Positions 56,189 through 64,000 of a stretch of 64,000 bases of DNA are shown here, piece after piece. Position 1 is the stretch's first letter. Each line of letters starts with the position of its first letter. This DNA comes from Candidatus Omnitrophota bacterium (lineage in GTDB: Bacteria; Omnitrophota; Gorgyraeia; Zapsychrales; Fredricksoniimonadaceae), in contig JBGAJA010000002.1 of NCBI GenBank assembly GCA_044225175.1, positions 408,991 through 472,990 on the forward strand, written 5' to 3'. The notes beneath the pieces were generated by a model that saw only the letters and a program-made list of their open reading frames with translations, was not told the origin of the DNA and did no database searches. The translations under genes and the position numbers were made by a program.

Positions 56189-57567
56189 TAAAAGCTGTAA
56201 AAAATTGCGATCAAGTCATGTTTTTTGGACTTTTGATTTTGGTGATTTTTATTCCATATTCTTCGGCAATGATTCAAGGCAGTCTGTTTCTTATTATGCT
56301 TGCTTGGTTAAGCAAGCATATTTTTTTGTGGAAAAATCCATCTACAAGGAATTCTGCTTTTGTTTTTAATTTTCCCTTCAAGAGTATTTTCCTGCCATTA
56401 GTTTTAATCAGCCTGCTTATTCTATTAACAATTCCTTGGAGCCATGCTCCTGTTTTAAGTTTAAAGAAGTTTTTCTCTCGATTCGTCCAGCAAGTTTTTT
56501 TGATGTATGTGACGGTTGAGATCATTAATTCATCCAAGCGTTTATATTTATTGATGACTATGCTTCTTTGGACACTGCTTGTAGTTAATGCCGATGTTGT
56601 TTTTCAAATATTCTCTGGCAAGAGTTTTATTTTTAGCAATCACATGATTTTTGAGAGAGTTTCTGGTCCTATGCGTCATCCTAATGATCTGGGGACTGTG
56701 TTGATCACGGTCATTCCCATCATGGTGATTTTAATGATGACAAGAAGTTTTTGGGTTCCGATTATATTTCCCCAGAAATTTCAGAAATCAATAGGGGTCT
56801 GTGTTTTTGTTTTATTGGTACTTTCTTTGATTGCTTTGGGTTTAACCTCTTCACGAGGGGCATGGGTAGGCTTTGTCGTGTCGATGGTTGGAGCTAGTAT
56901 TTATTTAAGAAAGAAGCGTTGGATCGTTATGGTTGGTCTTTTTCTTGTTTTCTTTATTTGGGTATCAGGAATACACTTTGCTAACACTCGCAGCGATATT
57001 TTTATTAAAGAAACCCATAAAGAAACCCATAAGGAAACTCCCAAAGAGGGCCCTAAAGAAACCTATAAAGAAGTGCATGAGGCCGTAGTTGAGAATAAAA
57101 GCCAGGCTCAATATCCCATTGATCAATTCTTTACTCCGTCACGGAGAATTCAATATTGGAAGACAGCGTCAAGTGTTATAAAGGAATATCCTTGGTTTGG
57201 ATGCGGCTATAATGCATATATTCAAACCCTTCTAAAATTGAATAGGGAGCCTGTCGAATATCCTCATAATGGTATTTTACACATTGCTGCAGAATTAGGC
57301 CTTATTGGACTTTTGCTGTATATATTCTTTTTTGTAGGAGTGTTTTATCAAGGATTAAAAATTTTAAAATCAGTTTCAAAACAGTATGAGATTTATTTAT
57401 TAGGAGTGAGTATATTTTTTGGCCTTATTGCGTGGCTAATTCATTGTTTTTTAGACACCCCGTGGGAATCTTTACAACTAAGCATTTTATGGTGGTTATT
57501 AATAGGTGTCTTAATGAGTTTAAATAATATCGCTGTCTCTACAAAGGTAAGTACAGGAGGGAAATAA
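56185..57567 (+). CDS. O-antigen ligase family protein (WaaL-like)
   Basis: HPNDLG, TSSRGAW, PWFGCG and HN..LH..AELG. Confidence 0.85.
   Translation: MIKAVKNCDQVMFFGLLILVIFIPYSSAMIQGSLFLIMLAWLSKHIFLWKNPSTRNSAFVFNFPFKSIFLPLVLISLLILLTIPWSHAPVLSLKKFFSRFVQQVFLMYVTVEIINSSKRLYLLMTMLLWTLLVVNADVVFQIFSGKSFIFSNHMIFERVSGPMRHPNDLGTVLITVIPIMVILMMTRSFWVPIIFPQKFQKSIGVCVFVLLVLSLIALGLTSSRGAWVGFVVSMVGASIYLRKKRWIVMVGLFLVFFIWVSGIHFANTRSDIFIKETHKETHKETPKEGPKETYKEVHEAVVENKSQAQYPIDQFFTPSRRIQYWKTASSVIKEYPWFGCGYNAYIQTLLKLNREPVEYPHNGILHIAAELGLIGLLLYIFFFVGVFYQGLKILKSVSKQYEIYLLGVSIFFGLIAWLIHCFLDTPWESLQLSILWWLLIGVLMSLNNIAVSTKVSTGGK
57007..57078 (+). repeat. Six degenerate 12-bp tandem repeats in waaL
   Basis: AAAGAAACCCAT-like units encoding KETH KETH KETP KEGP KETY KEVH. 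Confidence 0.85.
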
Positions 57568-58367
57568 TGGCTTTAGAATTAAGTGTGGTCATCCTAGCAA
57601 AGAATGAACAAGCCCGTATTAAAGACTGCCTTGAGAGTATTAAGGGGTGGGCCAATGAAATTATTATTGTGGATGATGGAAGCACAGATGCCACTATTTC
57701 GATAGCCAAAGAATATACGAAATCCATATTCTCCCGTCAAATGGATTTGGAAGGAAAACAAAGAAACTTTGGGGCTTCTCATGCAAGTAATGATTGGATA
57801 TTAATCCTTGATTGTGATGAACGCATGACCAAAGAGTTGAAGGAAGAGATTTCTAATTCTTTGCCTAATGCTCCCAAAGAGGTGGTTGCCTATTGGGCAT
57901 CTCAATTTAATTATTTCGGTGATATTTATTTAGAACATGGAGGATGGTCTACTCCTCATATCCGATTATACAATAAGAAGCATGTCCGCTGGTCTGAAGC
58001 TGATTTTGATGTCGTGCATCCTGGAATAAAAATCGAACCTGGGTTTAAGGGCGGTCATTTTAAAGGCAAAACGATCCACTATAGTTTCAAGAACATGGAA
58101 GACTTTATCCATAAAATTAACCGCTATTCAACTTTGGAAGCCACCAAATGGTATCTAGATAAACGTAAAATGTCTTTAGGCAAGGCTGTATGGCGTACGG
58201 TTGATCGATTCTTTAGACGTTTTGTTGGTAAAAAAGGATACAAGGATGGGTATTATGGTTTTGCAGCTGCTTTACTGAGCGGCCTTCATGAATATTTCGC
58301 ATATAGTAAGTACAAAGAAATCAAAGAAAAGGGTTATTATTTAAAGAATAAAAACAGTGGGAGTTAA
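57567..58367 (+). CDS. Glycosyltransferase family 2 (WaaE/LgtF-like)
   Basis: SVVILAKNE, DDGSTD, QRNF and LDCDE. Confidence 0.88.
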   Translation: MALELSVVILAKNEQARIKDCLESIKGWANEIIIVDDGSTDATISIAKEYTKSIFSRQMDLEGKQRNFGASHASNDWILILDCDERMTKELKEEISNSLPNAPKEVVAYWASQFNYFGDIYLEHGGWSTPHIRLYNKKHVRWSEADFDVVHPGIKIEPGFKGGHFKGKTIHYSFKNMEDFIHKINRYSTLEATKWYLDKRKMSLGKAVWRTVDRFFRRFVGKKGYKDGYYGFAAALLSGLHEYFAYSKYKEIKEKGYYLKNKNSGS

Positions 58368-59121
58368 GATGGGAAACTTTTATAAAAGTCATTTGTATCA
58401 ATATTATTTTAGTTTGATGTCAACGGTCATTAAAACGGCCAGACGAAACTGTGAAAACAGAAAATTTGAGCCAGAAGTTGAGGTCTTAAAGAAAATCATA
58501 AAACCTGAAAGTATTTGTATTGATATAGGAGGAGCATATGCTCGTTATGCATTTCCTCTATCTAAGATGGTTGGCCCAAAAGGCAAAGTTTATAGTTTCG
58601 AGCCAGGCAGCTATAGTTATGGGGTGTTTTGGTGGATCAAATTTCTTTTTAATCTGCGCAATGTTGTCATCACTAAGAAAGCTGTGTCTGATTCTCCCGG
58701 ACAAATTCAATTGTGCCTGCCCCTTAAAGCCTCGGGTAAACTGGGACCTTCTCTGGCTTATATCAATACACAGAAGGAAGAGAATAATTACTGCGAAACG
58801 GTTGAAAGAATTACTTTAGATGACTTTAATAAAGAAGCAAAACTTCCTCGTTTAGATTTCATGAAGTGTGACACGGAAGGTTCAGAATTGTTGGCTTTTC
58901 GAGGAGCAAAGGGGCTTATTGAGCGATTTAGACCGCTCGTTTTGGCAGAAGTGGATGCTAACAACATGAACCGTTATCAGTTAAAACCTTCAGATATTGT
59001 TAAATTCTTTACTGATTTGAATTATCGATTGATGGTCTGGGAGAATGATCAATTTGTTCTTAAGTCTTCCGCGGATGTTTCTTCAAACTATTTCTTTGTT
59101 CCTGAGCACATGAAGTTATAA
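58357..59121 (+). CDS. FkbM family methyltransferase
   Basis: IDIGG, SFEP, TLDD and KCDTEGSE. Confidence 0.85.
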   Translation: MGVKMGNFYKSHLYQYYFSLMSTVIKTARRNCENRKFEPEVEVLKKIIKPESICIDIGGAYARYAFPLSKMVGPKGKVYSFEPGSYSYGVFWWIKFLFNLRNVVITKKAVSDSPGQIQLCLPLKASGKLGPSLAYINTQKEENNYCETVERITLDDFNKEAKLPRLDFMKCDTEGSELLAFRGAKGLIERFRPLVLAEVDANNMNRYQLKPSDIVKFFTDLNYRLMVWENDQFVLKSSADVSSNYFFVPEHMKL

Positions 59122-59126
59122 CTTTT

Positions 59127-59717
59127 ATGAAGATTGTTTGTTTAGATAGAGATGGCATCATCAATCAATATCCAGGTCATGGGGATTATGTTACAAGGGT
59201 TAAAGATTTCCATCTTCTTAAAGGCGTTTTAGATGGTATTAAACGTTTGAATGACGCTCAGTTTAAAGTCTTTGTTATTTCTAATCAGGCATGTGTGGGT
59301 TGTGGTATAATTTCACAAAAGAAATTAGATCAAATCACGGCTAAACTTCTTAAAGCGGCCAAACAAAAGCATGTTAAGTTCAACGGGATTTTTTATTGCA
59401 CGCATAAGCCGGATGAAGGTTGTGATTGCCGAAAGCCAAAGATAGGTAATATTAAGAAAGCATTGTCTAGTGTTGGGAGTACTCTTTCAACAGTTCGTAG
59501 TGGTTTTTTCGTCGGAGACACAGATAAGGACATTGAGGCAGGGCATAACGCAGGATTAGTAACCATTTTGGCTGAAACTGGCCGTGATCGCCTGAAAGAT
59601 TTTAAGCATAAGAAATTTAAGCCTCATTATGTAGTTTCTGATTTTAATAGAGCGGTGGAGATTATATTAAATTATGAAAATTCTCATCATTCACGCAACC
59701 GCAGGCGCAGGGCATAA
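59127..59717 (+). CDS. gmhB: Heptose-1,7-bisphosphate phosphatase (HAD IIIA)
   Basis: LDRDG, SNQ, CTH...CDCRKP and VGD..KD. Confidence 0.85.
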   Translation: MKIVCLDRDGIINQYPGHGDYVTRVKDFHLLKGVLDGIKRLNDAQFKVFVISNQACVGCGIISQKKLDQITAKLLKAAKQKHVKFNGIFYCTHKPDEGCDCRKPKIGNIKKALSSVGSTLSTVRSGFFVGDTDKDIEAGHNAGLVTILAETGRDRLKDFKHKKFKPHYVVSDFNRAVEIILNYENSHHSRNRRRRA

Positions 59718-60765
59718 GAAGGCTGCAGAAGCTATCCACGATGGCCTGCAGAGGCATACCACCCACCAAGTCACAAGTATTGACTGTCTTGATTACACGA
59801 ATCCTTTTTTTAAAAAATCCTATCCCGCAGCATATGTGTTTATGGTGACCAAGGCCCCTGCGTTATGGGGATTTTTCTTTGGGCTGGTGGGGCTTCCTTT
59901 TATGCAGCCTTTAGTACGTTTGGTCCGCCGATGTTACCATAAGATCAATGCAGGTGCCCTTGAGAATTTCATAAGAAAAGAACAGTTTGATGTCATCATA
60001 ACCACCCACTTTATGTCAGCTGAGGTGAGCGGATATTTAAAACGCACACATCAGATTAAATCCAAAATCATTTGCTGTGTAACGGATTTTGATGTCCATC
60101 CTATTTGGATCAATCGAGGGGTTGATGTATATACAGGTGCCTGTGATTTTACGAGAGAAAAGATCATCAGTTTGGGCGTTCCATCCCACAGAGTTTTTGT
60201 AACGGGTATTCCTACAGATGAGAAATTCTCTGAGCTTGTTGACCGTAAAGTCATGCGTGAGAAATTAAAGATTAATAAAGAAGGCTTTACAGTGCTTTTA
60301 GCCACAGGTTCTTTTGGTATGGGACCTTTGGAAGAATTGATTGATTCATTGGCAGGATATCAATTGTTGGTCGTTTGCGGCCACAATAAAGCACTCTATG
60401 AACGTTTAAAATCAAGGAATGATGATCGTGTGCATATTTATGGATTGGTGCACAATATGCATGAACTGATGTCTGCAGCCGATGTCATGATTACCAAACC
60501 TGGAGGATTGTCCATTGCGGAAGCCTTAGTTAAAAAACTCCCTATGATTTTCTTTAGTGCCATTCCAGGCCAAGAAACAGGTAATATTAATGTGCTTAAG
60601 AAATATGAAGCAGCAGAAGATCAAAGTAATGGAATTATGGACATCATCAATAGACTTGATGATTTAAGTACTCATCCTCAAACTTTTGAAAATCTGCAGA
60701 AGAAGCTTGGAATTCTCTCTAAACCGAACGCTGTGAAAGATATTATCTCACTGGTCACTAAATAA
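59674..60765 (+). CDS. MGDG synthase/UgtP-like glycosyltransferase (GT28)
   Basis: GAGH, THF, VTD, GIP, KPGGLS and PGQE..N. Confidence 0.85.
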   Translation: MKILIIHATAGAGHKKAAEAIHDGLQRHTTHQVTSIDCLDYTNPFFKKSYPAAYVFMVTKAPALWGFFFGLVGLPFMQPLVRLVRRCYHKINAGALENFIRKEQFDVIITTHFMSAEVSGYLKRTHQIKSKIICCVTDFDVHPIWINRGVDVYTGACDFTREKIISLGVPSHRVFVTGIPTDEKFSELVDRKVMREKLKINKEGFTVLLATGSFGMGPLEELIDSLAGYQLLVVCGHNKALYERLKSRNDDRVHIYGLVHNMHELMSAADVMITKPGGLSIAEALVKKLPMIFFSAIPGQETGNINVLKKYEAAEDQSNGIMDIINRLDDLSTHPQTFENLQKKLGILSKPNAVKDIISLVTK

Positions 60766-60775
60766 GTCCTTTCTT

Positions 60776-62512
60776 ATGTTTGCCCAAGTTGTTTTTGACC
60801 TTCCTTTAGAAAAATCTTTTGACTATTCTGTTCCTTTAAACTTGGAAAAAGATCTGACCGTTGGCATGTGTGTGCATGCGACACTTGGTCCTAAGAGAGT
60901 CTCAGGAATCGTGACTAAGATCTCAGATCAAAGTGATTTTGAGAACTTGAAGTCTCTTAAATTGATCGATACGCAATATTCTCCTCTAGATTCAGCCCAA
61001 ATATCCTTGGCTTCAAAAATATCTATTTATTATGGTTGTTCTCTAGGTCAAGCCTTGTTTGCCATTGCCCGAGGTTCTCAGGGACAGCTGATTTTACAAT
61101 CCAGATCAGCCAAAAGCATATCCCATAAGGCCCTCTATATGGTGCCTGGAGAGTCCTATTGTGAGACGATAGAAGAGCTCATTCATCCTTTGGCTCAAGA
61201 TAAAAAACGACTTTTGATCTTAGTCCCAGACCAAGGGTATGTTTCTATTCTTGAGGAAAGATTAAAGAAATATTTGCTCTCAGAAACTATTGTGATTGGA
61301 ACAAGGTCAATGGTATTTCGTTCTTTTCTTGATATCTCACTTGTCATCATGATCGATGAGAACAATTCTTCTTATAAACAAGAGCAGACCCCTATGTATG
61401 AAACGCGTGATGTTCTACTCATGCGGGCTGCCCAAGAATATGTGGATATTGTTTTTGTAAGTACAACTCCGACTGTTGAGCTGATGGATTTGGTCAATAA
61501 GAAAGAAGTTTTGCTGCAATCCCCGCCTAATGCGACACAAGTCAGAGCACAAATCGTTGATTTGACCAACTACAATATCATTTGGAAGGGGATCCTCTCG
61601 CCGGCGGTCATGTCTTCGGTAGAAAGCAATATCCTTAAGAAATTTCCATCCATTCTGGTCTTTAATCATCGCGGATCATTTGCCATCACGCGTTGTCCAG
61701 AATGTAATTTTGTCCTTAAATGTGAGAGATGCGATAGTCCAATGACGTATTCAAGAATTAAGAAACAGTATCTTTGTCGTCACTGTTCATTTCATTTTCC
61801 TGGAGATAAACTTTGTCCTAATTGTAGAAAACCTTCATGGAAATCATTTGGGTTGGGGGTAGAACAGCTTCAGAAAGCATTGAAGGAGAAGTATCCATTG
61901 GCACGAATTTCTGCATTTGAACGAGGAATGGAAGAGCCGCCTGAGAATTTTGATATCATTATAGGTACGGTTGCACTGTTGCGATTTAAGATGTTTATGA
62001 AAGCAAAATTTGTGGCCCTTTTGGATATCGATTCAGAACTTAATCGATTGGATGCCCGCTCTTGTTTTAGAGCCTTTGCTTTGGCCCAAGACTTCAGGAA
62101 TATGGCGCAGGAACAATTTCTTATTCAGACACGTAATCCACATCATTATGTGATTGATTCATTAATGAAGGGGAATCCTGAACTGTTTTATTTAGAAGAC
62201 ATGAAGGTTCGCCATGAATTTGGATTTAGTCCTTTTGGTCATCAGGTATTGATTCAAATGCGCCACAAGACTCAAGCAGCAGTTGAAAAAAAGGCTCAAG
62301 AGTTGTTTATTGTTTTAAAGGAAGGAATGTCCCCAGAAATGCAAGTTCATGCACCTGCCATTGAAGCAACAACCAAGAAACGAGACTTATTTCGAGTGAA
62401 TATTCTACTGCAGGGAAAAGACGTTGCTGGTATGATAACTTTCATTAAAGAAGCTTTCAAAAAGCTAAAACGGTCACCTCAAGTGATTACAACTTTTAAT
62501 GTAGATCCATAG
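60776..62512 (+). CDS. priA: Primosomal protein N', reduced and probably helicase-inactive
   Basis: N-terminal FDYSVP, IGTRS, SYKQ, STTP, eight-Cys Zn region and final DP; no Walker A motif. Confidence 0.82.
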   Translation: MFAQVVFDLPLEKSFDYSVPLNLEKDLTVGMCVHATLGPKRVSGIVTKISDQSDFENLKSLKLIDTQYSPLDSAQISLASKISIYYGCSLGQALFAIARGSQGQLILQSRSAKSISHKALYMVPGESYCETIEELIHPLAQDKKRLLILVPDQGYVSILEERLKKYLLSETIVIGTRSMVFRSFLDISLVIMIDENNSSYKQEQTPMYETRDVLLMRAAQEYVDIVFVSTTPTVELMDLVNKKEVLLQSPPNATQVRAQIVDLTNYNIIWKGILSPAVMSSVESNILKKFPSILVFNHRGSFAITRCPECNFVLKCERCDSPMTYSRIKKQYLCRHCSFHFPGDKLCPNCRKPSWKSFGLGVEQLQKALKEKYPLARISAFERGMEEPPENFDIIIGTVALLRFKMFMKAKFVALLDIDSELNRLDARSCFRAFALAQDFRNMAQEQFLIQTRNPHHYVIDSLMKGNPELFYLEDMKVRHEFGFSPFGHQVLIQMRHKTQAAVEKKAQELFIVLKEGMSPEMQVHAPAIEATTKKRDLFRVNILLQGKDVAGMITFIKEAFKKLKRSPQVITTFNVDP

Positions 62513-62521
62513 GGGATTTGA

Positions 62522-63445
62522 ATGAATATTGTATTTTTTGGCAGTGATGATTTTGCAGGGGAGTGTTTGAAAGAGATCTTGAAGAGTTCTCATATGGTGG
62601 TGGGGTGTGTTACCCAGCCGGATGCTCGTCAGGGTAGGGGGATGAATTTGACTTTTTCTCCTATCAAAGAGCTTGCTCTTGAGCATGATTTGATTTGTAT
62701 TCAGCCGGAATCATTAAAAGGCCAGGCAGTCATTGATGCCTTAAAGTTTTTTAATGCTGATGTATTTGTGGTTGTGGCTTACGGCAAAATACTTTCCCAA
62801 GCTGTTTTAGATATCCCTAAGCTTTTATGTGTTAATGTGCATGGATCTTTGCTTCCTAAGTATCGCGGTGCAGCACCTATCAATTGGGCCATTATTAATG
62901 GGGACAAAGAAACAGGTGTGACGATCATGAAGATGAATGCTCAAATGGATGCGGGAGATATTATTGCCCAAGAAGTGATGCCTTTAGACGAAAGCACGAC
63001 AGCAGATGTATTGAGGCCAGAAATGGCAAAAGTAGGGGCCAAGCTTCTGGTTAAAACTTTAGGTAATATTGCGTCGGGAAATTACACGTGTGAGTCTCAA
63101 AACGAAGCCCATGTGACGATCGCCCACAAGTTAACCAAAGAAATGGGACGTATTGACTGGAATCAACCCGCAGCCACAATTGAACGCCAGATCCGAGGGC
63201 TTAAGCCATGGCCAGGGACATTTTGTTCATTTAAAAATAAGACCCTTAAAATTCTGCAGGCGAGTGTTGTTTCAGAGACTGGAGAACCAGGCATGATTCT
63301 TGGAACCAGCAAAGATGGCTTTACCATTGCCTGCGGTAAAGATGCTCTCTTAATTAAAGAAGTCCATTTGGAAGCCTCCAAACCTACCTCAGCCTATAGT
63401 TTCACACAAGGCCACCGTTTAGTTTTAGGTCAAAAATTACTCTAA
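62522..63445 (+). CDS. fmt: Methionyl-tRNA formyltransferase
   Basis: VTQPD..GRG, NVHGSLLPKYRGAAPI and MDAGD. Confidence 0.96.
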   Translation: MNIVFFGSDDFAGECLKEILKSSHMVVGCVTQPDARQGRGMNLTFSPIKELALEHDLICIQPESLKGQAVIDALKFFNADVFVVVAYGKILSQAVLDIPKLLCVNVHGSLLPKYRGAAPINWAIINGDKETGVTIMKMNAQMDAGDIIAQEVMPLDESTTADVLRPEMAKVGAKLLVKTLGNIASGNYTCESQNEAHVTIAHKLTKEMGRIDWNQPAATIERQIRGLKPWPGTFCSFKNKTLKILQASVVSETGEPGMILGTSKDGFTIACGKDALLIKEVHLEASKPTSAYSFTQGHRLVLGQKLL

Positions 63446-63449
63446 AAGC

Positions 63450-63503
63450 TGTCAAAAAGGTGTCTGACACCTTTTTGACAATTATATATATACATGGCAT
63501 ACT
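63450..63503 (+). promoter_or_regulatory. Perfect 31-bp palindrome ending in TTGACA, followed by a -10-like box
   Basis: TGTCAAAAAGGTGTC-T-GACACCTTTTTGACA, 17 nt, then (TG-g)CATACT. Confidence 0.6.
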
Positions 63504-63514
63504 TTTGCCATCCT

Positions 63515-64000
63515 ATGTTTAAACGTCTTATTGCCTCTATTGTCTGTCTTTGCTTTATTTCTTCAACTGTTCACGTTTCCTATGCCCAGACAGGTTTTAA
63601 ACCTGTCTCTACGTTAAATTTGCCAGAACCAGGCACTATGGTAGGCCCCTCAGTACCTTTTACACCTTTGTCCTTAAAAGGCCTAGTAATTAACCCTAAA
63701 AAGCCTTTGGAATTTCAATTCATTGTGGATACGGGTACAAATCATACCCCTCCAGATATTCAATCCGAATCCACCAAATTAATCAAATACTTCCTAGCCG
63801 GCCTAACGATTCCTGAAGGAGACCTGTGGGTGAATTTAAGCCCCTATGAGAAGGAACGAATCACCCCCCAAGCCTTAGGCCAGACCGAGTTAGGGCGAGA
63901 TTTGCTGGCGCAAGACTATATCTTAAAGCAGTTAACTGCCTCTTTGATCTATCCTGAGCGTGACCTAGGTAAGGAGTTCTGGAGCCGGGTGTATCAACAG
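63515..64000 (+). CDS. Large modular exported-type protein, paralog 3 (3'-truncated, not in the ORF track)
   Basis: Hand translation: MFKRLIASIVCLCFISSTVHVSYA|Q...LPEPGTMV...ESTKLIKYFLAGLTIPEGDLWVNLSPYEKER...GRDLLAQDYILKQLTASLIYPE; open to the window end. Confidence 0.9.
   Translation, partial: MFKRLIASIVCLCFISSTVHVSYAQTGFKPVSTLNLPEPGTMVGPSVPFTPLSLKGLVINPKKPLEFQFIVDTGTNHTPPDIQSESTKLIKYFLAGLTIPEGDLWVNLSPYEKERITPQALGQTELGRDLLAQDYILKQLTASLIYPERDLGKEFWSRVYQQ
63588..63612 (-). repeat. Single GTAG REP (reverse orientation) inside paralog 3
   Basis: Reverse complement GTAGAGACAGGTTTAAAACCTGTCT; encodes QTGFKPVST right after the signal peptide. Confidence 0.8.

Noticed and set aside
1009-63381. Many 60-130 aa antisense or alternate-frame ORFs in the track
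   Set aside because: They overlap well-supported genes and show no motifs, so they are treated as shadow ORFs.

Overview
An AT-rich bacterial chromosome segment with no tRNA, rRNA, CRISPR array or prophage that I can see. The host is a diderm (lptD, heptosyltransferase, O-antigen ligases); Candidatus Omnitrophota is my inference from gene content and protein style. Housekeeping content, in order: thiSGHF, speD-like, leuS, endonuclease Q plus UvrD-like helicase, comEA/comEC, two CIRCE-controlled heat-shock operons (hsp20-clpB-hsp20-pfpI and hrcA-grpE-dnaK-dnaJ), accD, a sugar ABC ATPase, two diguanylate cyclases, a ROK kinase, lptD, a ~22 kb LPS/sugar-nucleotide cluster, priA and fmt. Two things stand out. 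(1) Three dispersed paralogs of a large, probably exported protein family (17939, 26711, 63515). The two complete copies share a ~360-380 aa N-terminal module and a GG(I/V)DF C-terminal module around unrelated cargo (an OAS/CD-NTase/CCA-like nucleotidyltransferase; a SAM methyltransferase), with short (D/N)-x-A-M motifs at the junctions. This is a candidate undescribed polymorphic effector system. (2) A REP-associated tyrosine transposase (RAYT) and at least three families of short palindromic elements, many lying in frame inside protein-coding genes, including leuS, the helicase, hddC, the RAYT itself and all three paralogs. One paralog supplies the exact empty-site allele for a 30-bp insertion. 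All family assignments come from motif reading by eye; no searches were run.
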